In this document: positions 1 to 9,475 of the stretch, in pieces
How positions within the stretch are numbered: the stretch's first letter is position 1
Layout of the letters: the number at the start of each line of letters is the position of its first letter
Source: an uncultured Verrucomicrobiae bacterium
GTDB taxonomy: Bacteria; Verrucomicrobiota; Verrucomicrobiia; Chthoniobacterales; Chthoniobacteraceae
Assembly: GCA_963769025.1 (NCBI GenBank)
Contig: CAVYKI010000003.1
Location: 1,184,001-1,248,000 of the forward strand
Direction of reading: 5' to 3'
DNA: 64,000 nt
Notes under the pieces: generated by a model
Seen by the model: only the letters and a program-made list of their open reading frames with translations
What the model was told of the DNA's origin: nothing
The model's database searches: none
Translations under genes and position numbers: made by a program

Positions 1-803
1 ACCTCCTCCGGCTTGTGAAGGAATCCTCGATCTCGTCGGTCGTCTTGCTCGCGCAGGACGAGGTCTTTCATCCTGACGGCACGAAGATGGAAAACACGGG
101 CTCCTTTCACGTGCCGAACGACTATGTGCTGCGGCTCGCACGCGAGCATCCCGAATTTCTCGCCGCCGTGAGCATCCATCCTGCGCGGCCCGACGCGCTC
201 GCCGAACTCGATCGCTGTCTCGCCTCCGGCTCGGTCATGCTGAAGCTCCTGCCGAACTGCCAGAACGTGGACTGCAACGATCCGCGCTACCGGAAATTTT
301 GGGAGCGAATGGCCGACGCGCGCCTGCCGTTGCTCGCGCACACGGGCGGCGAACACACGGTGCAGGTCATCAACGCCGCCTACGCCGACCCGCGCGTGCT
401 CACGCTCCCGCTCGAATGCGGCGTCACCGTCATCGCCGCGCACTCCGCGACGAAGAGCGGCATCGGCGACCCGGAGTATTTCCACGTCTTCGCGGAGATG
501 CTCGCGAAGTGGCCAAACCTCCATGGAGACACGAGCGCGTGGAATGTTCCGCAGCGCGGGCGCCACGTGAAGCGTTGCGTGGGAAACAACGCCGGCCTGC
601 TCGGCGAGCGGCTGCTGCATGGCAGTGATTTTCCTGTGCCGTGTTCCGGGCTTTGGGCGTTGCTGCGCGGGGCCATCTCCTTCGCCGACTGGCGGCGCTG
701 CAGCAAAATCACCAACGTCATCGAACGCGACTATCAGCTGAAGCTCGCGATGGGATTCTCAACTGAGCACTTCACGCGGGTTCATTCGCTGCTGCGCCGG
801 TAG
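1..803 (+). CDS. Amidohydrolase family protein (amidohydrolase_2-like), 5'-truncated by the window edge
   Basis: Frame is open from the window start; motifs VPNDYV, SIHPAR, LLAHTGGE, IAAH and LLHGSDFP typical of the TIM-barrel metallohydrolase fold. Confidence 0.8.
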   Translation, partial: LLRLVKESSISSVVLLAQDEVFHPDGTKMENTGSFHVPNDYVLRLAREHPEFLAAVSIHPARPDALAELDRCLASGSVMLKLLPNCQNVDCNDPRYRKFWERMADARLPLLAHTGGEHTVQVINAAYADPRVLTLPLECGVTVIAAHSATKSGIGDPEYFHVFAEMLAKWPNLHGDTSAWNVPQRGRHVKRCVGNNAGLLGERLLHGSDFPVPCSGLWALLRGAISFADWRRCSKITNVIERDYQLKLAMGFSTEHFTRVHSLLRR

Positions 804-895
804 CCGACGACGGCAGGAGGCGGGCTGACTTTATCCCGCGCTCCTCGTTTCGCATTCCGCGTTTGGTCAGCCCGCTTCCTGCCGTCGTCGGCTAC
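800..895. repeat. GTAG-type REP doublet (inverted pair) filling the gap between convergent genes
   Basis: 800-829 GTAGCCGACGACGGCAGGAGGCGGGCTGAC matches the reverse complement of 866-895 at 29/30; both arms start with GTAG. Confidence 0.85.
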
Positions 896-3800
896 TTCGT
901 CGGATCTTTCCCGAGGAGAAATGTGAGCAGATCGTTCAATTCCGCGGGAGGGATGACCTCGCCAAAGGTCGGCGACATGAGCGAGGTCTCGGTCTCCTTT
1001 CGCTCGGCGATGTCGGCTTTTGCGACGCGCGTCTCCTGGCCGGCGGCATCGGCCAGCACCAGTTGTTCGCCTTCCTCGCGCCGCGGCAGGCCGGCGACGA
1101 CGGAGCCGTTTTTCAACGTCAGGACATTCATGCGAAAGGCGCGGTCCACGTTGCGGTTTGGATCAAGGATGTCTTCCAGCAGACGCTCAGGCCCGCGTCC
1201 GCCGATGCCGTCGAGCTGCGGGCCGAGCAATCCGCCTTTGCCCTCGATCGCGTGGCACACGGCGCAGTTGCGCGCGAAAACGTCCGCGCCACGGGCGGCA
1301 CTCGCCTTTGAGGAATCGTAGGACGCGGCACGCGCGGCGATCATCCGATCGATTTCGGCATTGGCACTCGGCAGGTTGGCGGTGAGCTTTGCGATGCGCG
1401 CGTCCAGGTCGGGAATCTTTGCCGCCTTCAGCCGATCCACGAGCGGCTTGTCGCGGAGCAAAAGCGCGGGTGCCTTTCCATCCGCGCACGCTGCGAGGAG
1501 CAGTTCGCCGCCTTCGCGCGAACTCGCGAGCACGGTCGCGAGCGACTGCTGCAAGCGGCGCGGCGCGGCGCATGAGCGCGGCGGCGATGGCGTCGAATGA
1601 TTTCACCTCCGCGAGCGCGAGCGCGAATTTCTCGCGCAGCGGCGCAGGCGCCGCGGTGTCGGTGACGACGGCGGCGATCTGCGGGAGCAAATCTCTTGCA
1701 CCTGCGCCGAGGAGCGCGCGCGCGGCGGCGGCGCGGGTGTCCGCCTCCGTCGCGGCGCTGAATGCGATCTTCGTGAGCACGGGCTCGAAGCCCGTGAGCT
1801 TCAGCGTGCGGATGAGGTCCGCCGCCGTCTGCATCCGCCGCGATGCGCCCTGTGGCTCGGTGAGCCTGAGCGCCAGCAGCTCCGGCTCAAATCGCGCAAC
1901 GGCGAGCCACGCGTAGGCGCTGCCGGTGTCGCCATCCGTGATCTCGACGAAGCCGCACCGGCCCTCAAACTCCGAAAGATCCCACGTCACCTTCTGCGCC
2001 GTGTCGTTTCGCGGCGGCGCGGCTTCGCGCAGCACGGTGCCGCCCTGGATGTCGCGCAGACGGATGAAGTTTTTTTTCCCCGCAGGCTTGCCGGGGGAGC
2101 CGTCATGCCCGCAGAGGAAAAAGCTGAGCGACTCGGGAAGCATGAATGCGGACGAGCGCACTGCGCCGGTGAGCTTTTCGCCTAGGGGGAAGCTGGACAT
2201 GAACGCGGCTGTCGTTCCATCGGCGCATTTGCGCTGCTCGAAGACCCACGGATTTGCGGACGCCGGGGGACCGTCCACGGGCGAGTTCGTCCACACGGCT
2301 GCGGACTCGGCTGGCGCGAGAAGCGCGGTGACCACTTGCGGTCCCCACGAGCGCAAAGTCGCGCCCGGCGGGATGCCGCGCTGATCGAGCGCGGAGAGCA
2401 GCGCGCTGAGACCCGCGGCGAGCTGCTCGGGATCGCGTCCGAGCTTTTTTTGCGCCAGCGCGAAGAGCGATTCGAGCTTCGCGGAGGGGAGATTGCGCGC
2501 GAGCGTGGGAACGTGCTTTGCGAAAAGTGCGCCGGATGCGTCCTCCTGGTTCTCGAAGAACTTCATGCGGAATTCCGCCGCCGCTTCGCCGGATGCGGCG
2601 AGCAGCATCTCCAGCACGAGCGCGCGATCTTCGGCGGTTTGCCTGTCGAGCGCGAGGCCCGCGAGGACGGCGGGATCGCGGAGCTGGTTGCGCAGCGCGA
2701 TGCGCGTGGCGTGGATGAGGTGGTCGTCGTCGCGCCTGCGTCGTGCGCAGCAGCGCGAGCAGGGGAGCGACGTTTTCGGCGGCGGGATGCGCGGCGATGG
2801 ATTCGGCGGCAGCGCGTCGAACGAATGGATCGGGATCGGCGAGGGCGGTGCGCAACGCGCTCTGGATTGCGGCAGTCTTCTGCCGTTTTCCGTCCGTTGG
2901 CTTTTCGGAGGACTCCCCGCCGCCCGCGGTAAGCCGCAGCTCCCGCAAAGCAGCGGAGGACTGCCGCAGTCCAGAGCCTTCGGCTGCGGCTTTCGTTGCG
3001 TGGATGCGGACGAGGGGATCGTTGTCCTGCATCGCTGCGAGGAGCGTCGCATCGCCGAGCGCACCGAGACGGGAGAGCGCCCACACTGCGTTCAGTTTTT
3101 GGAAGGCGTTCGTCGGTGTGGAGAGCGCGGCGTTGATCGCGGGCGAGCGCGTCAGCGCCGTAGCGGTCGCACAGTTCGTTCAGCGCGAGCGTGCGGCGCG
3201 TGGGATTTGCCGAGCCGAGTTCGGGCACCCAGCCGGCGATGTCCGTAGGCAGCGGGCCGCGGTTCACGAGCGGCGCGCCTTTCTCCCCGCGATAGACGAT
3301 GCGCCAGAGCCGCCCGCGCTCGCGGTCGCGGCCGGGGTGGTTGAGCGGCACTTCGTAGTGGCCGATGATGCGGTTGTAGAAATCCGCGACGTAGAGCGCG
3401 CCGTCCGGGCCCCAGCTCAGGTCCACGGGGCGGAACCACGGATCGTCGGTGCGTCAGGAAATCCGGCATCTCCTTGCCCTTCGACGACGAGCCGTGCCAG
3501 GTGATCGCGTCGTGGTTGATGCGGCTCGTCTGCACGTTGCCGACGAACATGTGGTCCTGCCATTCCGCGGGCCACGCGGGATCGCAGACGTACATCGGCG
3601 CGCAGATCGCGGTGCTGCCGTGCGAGTGCGTGATGGTCGTCGGGCGCAAAGCCGAGGCCGTCGTGCGGCTTGCCGAAGCTCGGGTAGTACGCGCCGCGCA
3701 GGAGTTGGTAGATCGGCGAGCTGTGGCAGTCGGCGCTGAAGAGATTCCCGCGATCATCCCAGCACAGGCCGAAGGGATTCACCTGCCCGAACGTCCAGCC

Positions 3801-4492
3801 CTCGACGCGCGAGCCGTCGAGCCGGATGCGCCATGTGTTGCCGCTCTGGATTTTCAGCTCGCTGCCGTCGCGACCGCGCAGCGTGCTCTCGTTGTTGAAG
3901 CCGTGCGTGCCGTAGAGCCAGCCGTCCGCGCCGCGGCGGAACGACGAGAGGTTGCCGTGCGTGTCGCGCTCCCAGCCGAGCGGGCCGTAGAGCACCTCGC
4001 GTTTGTCCGCCTTGCCGTCGCCGTCGGTGTCCTCCATCAGCCAGATGTTCGGAATGCTCCACACGACGCATTTCCACGTCACTTTGCCGTCCGAATTTTT
4101 GCGACCGGAAGGGATACAGCCCGGTCGGGATGTTCAGCCCGTCGGCGAAAATCTCGACCTTCCGCGCCCGGCCATCCGGCGCGAAGTCGGAGAAAATCGC
4201 GCACGGTGTCGCGGCCCGGCGATCCGTCCTTGATCGCGAATGGGTATTCGCGCGACTCGGTGATCCACAGCCGGCCGAGCGCGTCCCACTGCATGTTCAT
4301 CGGCTTGCGCAGATCGGGCTCGCTCGCGACGAGCTGGATTTCAAATCCCGGCGGCAGGTGAAACGTCGCGCGCTGCTGCTCCGGCGTGAGCGGCTCGGTG
4401 GGGCGGACGAGTTCCGCGAAGGGATCCTTTTTCTCCGCTGCGAGACTGGGGAGGGCGAAAATGGCAAGGAGTGGGAGGGTGCGGAGGTTCAT
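892..4492 (-). CDS. PVC-type heme-binding CxxCH protein (putative membrane-bound dehydrogenase: beta-propeller, HEAT repeats, jelly-roll domain, C-terminal cytochrome c); several frameshifts
   Basis: Joined ORFs 4079-4519, 3417-4082, 3152-3757, 2563-3426, 2103-3086, 1187-3064, 892-1554. Signal peptide MNLRTLPLLAIFALPSLA; FHLPPGFEIQLVASEP, GRLWITESREYP, GPDGALYVADFYNRIIGHYEV; C-terminal CAVCH...GPQLDGIG...ILDPN. Confidence 0.85.
2859..2977. repeat. REP-like inverted repeat pair inside the CDS 892-4492
   Basis: 2859-2889 GCTCTGGATTGCGGCAGTCTTCTGCCGTTTT matches the reverse complement of 2947-2977 at 26/31; all mismatches are C/T transitions. Confidence 0.8.
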
Positions 4493-4833
4493 GCGGGCGA
4501 TGTCCTGCGATTCAATCACCCGCCGCGCACAAACTCAGCACAAAGGTGCTCCTGGGCTCAGGCCGCCGGCATTTCTGCTCGCCTTCACGACCGCGGGGCC
4601 GTAGCGAGGAGCCATGCCGCTGTTCCTTTTCGAGCCAGACCGCCGGGTGTCGCTGCGCGCGTTTTCTGCACTGGCGCTGGCGGTGATTTTTTACCTGGCC
4701 CAGTGAGGTCCTCGAGGTCGGTTTCCGGCCGAAAGCTCCTGCTGGACTAACGGGAAAACCTGTTGCACGGTGCTGATCCAAGTACCGGTCGCGGTGGCGA
4801 AAAAGTCGCGGCGACTTTCATGTCCTCAACCTG

Positions 4834-5772
4834 ATGCACCTCTCCCGTCTTATTCCCGCCATCGCCCTTCTGGCTGCCCCCGTTTGTCTGGCACAATTGC
4901 CTCCGTCGCTGATCAAGCCTGGGCAACCAGTCGCACCTGCGCCGGTCGTCCCCGCACCCGTGGTGCCGGTGGCGCCTGCAGCCCCGGCTGCGGACGCAAC
5001 CCCGGCGGCTCCGGGGCTCCCGAATGCGCTGACCCCCGAAGAGCAGGCGCAGGGCTGGATCCTCCTTTTCGACGGCAAACGGCTTTTTGGGCTCCGCGGT
5101 TTGCAGCGGACGGACCCGCTTTCGGCAGGCTGGAAGATTCAGGACGGCGAACTGAATCTGCCGAAAGAAGTGAGGGACATGGAGAAGATGACCGGCGGCG
5201 ACATCATCACGCTGGATTTCTACTGGGATTTCGACTTCCGCTTTGAATGGAAGACGACCGTGGCTGCGAACAGCGGCGTGCGATACATGATGGTCGAGCG
5301 CGTCGGCGAGATTCCCGTCGGCTTGGAATATCAGATCATCGACGACGTGCATAACAGCATCAGTCTCAAAGGCGGGTTGCTGCGCCGCAGCGGATCGCTG
5401 GATAACATCCTGCCGGTGGGCGCGAACGCGAAGCTGCGCACCGCGGACCCTCTGAACCGGGTCGGCGACCCGTGGAATGAAGGGCGCATCCTCGTGCAGG
5501 GCACGCGTGTCGAGCACTGGATGAACGGCGAAAAGGTGCTGGAATACGGGCTCGGCCCGCAGCTCAAGAAGATCGCCGAGGCGAACAAAACGCGCGTCCC
5601 GCTGACTTACGGGCAGAAGAGCCGGACCCGCATCGCCCTCCTGGATCAGGGCACGGAGATCGCCTTTCGGAATTTGAAAATCCGCCCGCTGGCTCCTCAG
5701 GCGATGGTGATTCCCGGCACGGCACGTCCCGGCGGCACGGTGCCGAATCCGCTGCTCATCCCGCGCAAGTAG
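4834..5772 (+). CDS. DUF1080 (3-keto-disaccharide hydrolase-like) secreted protein
   Basis: Signal peptide plus Pro/Ala linker, then LTPEEQAQGWILLFDGK, DFDFRFEWK, ANSGVRY, EYQIIDD, WNEGRI, VEHWMNG, IAFRNLKIR. Confidence 0.85.
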   Translation: MHLSRLIPAIALLAAPVCLAQLPPSLIKPGQPVAPAPVVPAPVVPVAPAAPAADATPAAPGLPNALTPEEQAQGWILLFDGKRLFGLRGLQRTDPLSAGWKIQDGELNLPKEVRDMEKMTGGDIITLDFYWDFDFRFEWKTTVAANSGVRYMMVERVGEIPVGLEYQIIDDVHNSISLKGGLLRRSGSLDNILPVGANAKLRTADPLNRVGDPWNEGRILVQGTRVEHWMNGEKVLEYGLGPQLKKIAEANKTRVPLTYGQKSRTRIALLDQGTEIAFRNLKIRPLAPQAMVIPGTARPGGTVPNPLLIPRK

Positions 5773-5820
5773 CCGGCCAGCTGCCGGGCTTTGCAGCGGA
5801 CGGGAGCGCCGCGGTGCAGT

Positions 5821-7074
5821 TCACTTTCCGATCGAGATGAGCTGCGAGTGGGTGCGGACGTAGAGGCGCCCGCCGCTGACCGCGGGCGTGGCGTAGCTGT
5901 TCTTCTCGTCGAGAGGGAAACGCTGGATGAGGTGGAACTTGTCGTCGGCGGCGAGCACGACGAGTTCGCCGGAGCGCGTCACATTGTAGAGCCGTCCGCC
6001 TTTTCCGCCGACGCAGATGGGGCTGGAGTAATACGGCCCCTCGGCGCGCTCGCTCCAGAGCTGCTCGCCGTCCGCGGAGCGCACGCAGGTCACGGTTCCG
6101 TTCTCTTTCCACAGGAAAAGCCGGTCGCCAGCGACGACGGGCGTCGGGACGTAGCCGCCGATGCGGACGATCTCGTAGGCCTTCGCGGGCTGGCTCGTGG
6201 CTCCGCCTTTGATCACCTGGACCTCGCTCGCCGCCTGGCCCTGGCCGCATTGCGCGACGATCATTCCTTCATGCGTGACGACGGGCGATGCGACGCAGCG
6301 GAGCTTGAAGATGTCCGCGATGCCCCAGAGCCTTTTGCCCGTCGCGGGGTCAAAACCGAGCAGGCCGTTGTCCGTGCTCAGACTGACGAGTTGCAAGCCG
6401 TCCTTGCCCGCGAGGAAGCACGGCGTCGAAATGGCGTGCTGTCCTCCCTTGAGTTCGTTTTTCCAGAGCTGCTTGCCGGTCGCCGCATCCCACGAGGCGA
6501 TGAATGAACCGGGCTCGTCCTGGCTGCTTTGCAAAATGACCTGGCCTTTCTCCACGATGGGCGACGCTCCGGCTCCGTGCTGCGATTTGAACGGCCCGAG
6601 GTCCGCCTTCCACACCTGCTTGCCGTCAGCCTGCGCGAGCGCGATGAGCTCGCTGTGGTCCGGCCCGGCGATCCAGACATAGACGCGCTCGGCGTCCACG
6701 GTGCATGAGGGGCTGGCGAAGCTGTTGTCCGCGTGCTTGCGGTAGATGCCCGTGGCGTATTCGCGCTGCCATTGGATCTTCCCGTCCTTCGCGCCGACGC
6801 AGACGACGATGCGCTTTGCCTCGGCATCCGGCGCGGCGGCGGGTGTGCATGTGACGAAAATGCGGTCGCCCCACACCACCGGCGATGAATGCCCGGTGCC
6901 GGGGAGTGCGCAGCGCCAGTTGATGTCCGTTGCCGCGAGCTGCTCGGGCAGATTTGCCTTGGCGTTGCCGGAGCCGTTCGGCCCGCGGAAGCGCGTCCAT
7001 TCCTGCGCCTGCGCGGTGAAGGTGAGGGCGACGATGGCAGCGGGGAGGAGATGACGGAGAACGGGGGTGCGCAT
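5821..7074 (-). CDS. PQQ-like beta-propeller repeat protein (BamB-like, PVC type)
   Basis: Signal peptide MRTPVLRHLLPAAIVALTFTAQA, then EWTRFRGPNGSG, PGTGHSSPVVWGDRIFVT, GASPIV, YATPAVSGGRLYVRT. Confidence 0.85.
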   Translation of the reverse strand: MRTPVLRHLLPAAIVALTFTAQAQEWTRFRGPNGSGNAKANLPEQLAATDINWRCALPGTGHSSPVVWGDRIFVTCTPAAAPDAEAKRIVVCVGAKDGKIQWQREYATGIYRKHADNSFASPSCTVDAERVYVWIAGPDHSELIALAQADGKQVWKADLGPFKSQHGAGASPIVEKGQVILQSSQDEPGSFIASWDAATGKQLWKNELKGGQHAISTPCFLAGKDGLQLVSLSTDNGLLGFDPATGKRLWGIADIFKLRCVASPVVTHEGMIVAQCGQGQAASEVQVIKGGATSQPAKAYEIVRIGGYVPTPVVAGDRLFLWKENGTVTCVRSADGEQLWSERAEGPYYSSPICVGGKGGRLYNVTRSGELVVLAADDKFHLIQRFPLDEKNSYATPAVSGGRLYVRTHSQLISIGK

Positions 7075-7177
7075 ATGCGAAGTGGGGTTGGGACGTGAGG
7101 GGGACGAGTTGAGAGGCGAACGGCGCATTCCCGCAAGCACGGAAAGTTTGCGGCGTGTGTCGGCCCAGCGCGTCCAC

Positions 7178-7206
7178 TTGCGCTCGCGGCAACGGCCCGC
7201 TAGCCT
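7178..7206 (+). promoter_or_regulatory. Putative sigma70-type promoter, leaderless transcript
   Basis: TTGCGC-N17-TAGCCT ending 5 nt before the ATG at 7212; no Shine-Dalgarno. Confidence 0.45.
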
Positions 7207-7211
7207 CCGCA

Positions 7212-8039
7212 ATGCTTCCGCAGCGCGATTCGATCCTGTCGCTCCTCGCCGACGAAGACTCGGACACCGCCGGGCTCGTGCAGAATCAGCTCGTCGCGCG
7301 GGGCCCCGAGGTGCTTGAGGACATCCGCGACCTCCTGCCGGACGCGACCGGACGCGCCGAGCGGCGGCTGAAGGAAATCGTCGCGCAGATCGCGGGCGAT
7401 GCGGCGGAGAAGAAATTCGGATCCCTGTGCGCAGCATTCGGTCCCGGCAGCGACATCGAGGATGCCGCATGGACGCTGGCTGCCGTCGTCGCGCCGGGTG
7501 AGGATTTTACGGAAGAACAACAGCGGCTCGACGAATGGGCCGCCACGCTCGCGCGCAGGCTCGTCGGAAAGGAAACCGTGATCCAGCAGTGCGCGGCGGT
7601 GTCGGCGCTGCTCGGCACCGAGCTGGGTTTGCGGGGCAACGAGGACAATTATTACGCCGAGGAAAATTCACTGCTCCCGCGCGTCATCATCCACCGGTGC
7701 GGAAATCCGATCACGCTCTGCCTCGTTTACATGGCCGTATGCAAGCGCGCGGGCCTGCACGTGGAAGGCGTGGGGTTGCCCGGGCATTTCGTCGTGCGTC
7801 TGGGCGGCGTGTTTTTTGATCCGTTCCACGGCGGCCGCCGCCTCCAGCTCGAGGACTGCCAGAAGCTGCTCGAAAGCCAGCGGCTCGAGCTCCAGCCGCA
7901 TCACCTCCAGCCGTGCAAACCGCACGTGATGCTCGCCCGGATGCTGAACAACCTGCTCCACGCCGCGGAAACCGGCGACCCGAAGCTGGGCGAGAAGCTG
8001 CACGGCTGGCTGCAGATTTTGCAAAAGGCGACGGTCTAG
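7212..8039 (+). CDS. SirB1/transglutaminase-like family protein
   Basis: LRGNEDNYYAEENSLLPRVI..R.GNPITLCLVY, GVGLPGHFVV, FFDPFHGG, MLARMLNNL. Confidence 0.85.
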   Translation: MLPQRDSILSLLADEDSDTAGLVQNQLVARGPEVLEDIRDLLPDATGRAERRLKEIVAQIAGDAAEKKFGSLCAAFGPGSDIEDAAWTLAAVVAPGEDFTEEQQRLDEWAATLARRLVGKETVIQQCAAVSALLGTELGLRGNEDNYYAEENSLLPRVIIHRCGNPITLCLVYMAVCKRAGLHVEGVGLPGHFVVRLGGVFFDPFHGGRRLQLEDCQKLLESQRLELQPHHLQPCKPHVMLARMLNNLLHAAETGDPKLGEKLHGWLQILQKATV

Positions 8040-8062
8040 GGCGAGGCGCGGCACACGGGTTC

Positions 8063-9349
8063 ATGCGAGTCGAAGTCATCAACACCGGCACCGAGCTGAT
8101 GCTCGGCGGCACCGTGAACACGCACCTCGCATTGCTCGCGCGCGAGCTGTTCCCGCTCGGGCTGCGCGTGCAGCGGCAGGTGACGGTGCCGGATGGCGAG
8201 GCGATCCGCGACGCGCTGCGCGACACATTTTCAAAAGCCGACATCGTGCTCGTGACCGGCGGTCTCGGGCCGACGACGGACGACCTCACGCGCGACATCG
8301 TCGCGGACCTGCTCGGGCAGAAGCTGGAGCACGACGAGGATATCTGGGTCGCGATCCAGGAGCGCTTCCGTCGGCGTGCGCTGAAAGTCGGCGACCGGAT
8401 CAAGCTCCAGGCGCTGCGTCCGCGCGAGGCGGCGGTGCTGGCGAATCCCCACGGCACCGCGCCCGGGTTGCACATTCCGCCGGTGCCGGCACTGGGATCG
8501 CCGCACATTTTCCTGCTGCCCGGCCCGCCCCGCGAACTCCTGCCGATGGTGCGCGAAAAACTGCTGCCGATCCTCGCCAGCCTGCTCCCGCCCGGCGCCG
8601 TGCAGGAGATGCGCGGCTTCCGCGTACTCGGGATCGGCGAATCGGTCGTGGAGGAGAAGGTCGGCGAGGATCTCATCGGCATGGGACTCGAGGTCGGCTA
8701 CTGCGCGCGGCCCGGCGAGGTGGACCTGCGTATCATCGGCCCGGCGGCCGTGCTCGACCGGGCGGAAACGCTCATCCGCGAGCGGCTGGGCAAATGGATT
8801 TTCACCAGCGACGAGCGCGAACTTTCGGGCGTCGTCGTCGAGAAACTGACCGCGCTCGGAAAAACCGTCGCGACCGCCGAGAGCTGCACGGGCGGCTTCG
8901 TGGCGAACCAGTTCACCAACGTCGCCGGGGCGTCGAAGGTGTTCCTTGCGGGCTACGTCACCTACGCCAACGAGGCGAAGACCGCGGCGCTCGGCGTCGA
9001 TCCTGCACTCATCCGCGAACACGGCGCCGTGAGCGAACAAGTCGCGCAGCAGATGGCCGAAGGCGCGCTGGAAAAGGCGGGATCGGATTTTGCGCTGGCG
9101 ACCACCGGCATCGCCGGGCCGGACGGCGGCTCGCCGGGGAAGCCCGTGGGCACCGTTTTCGTCGCGCTCGCCGAACGGGGCCGCGAGACACTCGTGCAGC
9201 ACCACCGCTTCCCGACGGATCGCGAGACTTTCAAACACCTCGTGTCACAAACGGCGATGGACCTGCTGCTCCGCCGCCTCGACGGCCGCGACCCTTCCGT
9301 GACCGAGAATTTCTCCGCCGGTGACGGCACCTGCGGAAGGAAAATCTAA
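8063..9349 (+). CDS. cinA: Competence/damage-inducible protein CinA (MoCF-like domain plus PncC NMN deamidase domain)
   Basis: MRVEVINTGTELMLG, VTGGLGPTTDDLTRD, GTAPG, LLPGPPRE, ATAESCTGG, HGAVSEQVA, TTGIAGPDGG. Confidence 0.92.
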   Translation: MRVEVINTGTELMLGGTVNTHLALLARELFPLGLRVQRQVTVPDGEAIRDALRDTFSKADIVLVTGGLGPTTDDLTRDIVADLLGQKLEHDEDIWVAIQERFRRRALKVGDRIKLQALRPREAAVLANPHGTAPGLHIPPVPALGSPHIFLLPGPPRELLPMVREKLLPILASLLPPGAVQEMRGFRVLGIGESVVEEKVGEDLIGMGLEVGYCARPGEVDLRIIGPAAVLDRAETLIRERLGKWIFTSDERELSGVVVEKLTALGKTVATAESCTGGFVANQFTNVAGASKVFLAGYVTYANEAKTAALGVDPALIREHGAVSEQVAQQMAEGALEKAGSDFALATTGIAGPDGGSPGKPVGTVFVALAERGRETLVQHHRFPTDRETFKHLVSQTAMDLLLRRLDGRDPSVTENFSAGDGTCGRKI

Positions 9350-9475
9350 GCCGCGTCCGGCCCCGCCGCGCCGCATTTCTGCGCGGCTTTACTCGCGCCT
9401 TGTTCGCTGTTCACCTGTCGGCGCCTTCTCGCAAGGCACGCTTACGAACCCGCAACACCCACGCACCCCGCCAAA

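Noticed and set aside
4802..4818. Perfect palindrome AAAGTCGC-G-GCGACTTT upstream of the DUF1080 gene
   Set aside because: Single instance with no nearby regulator; cannot be supported as an operator
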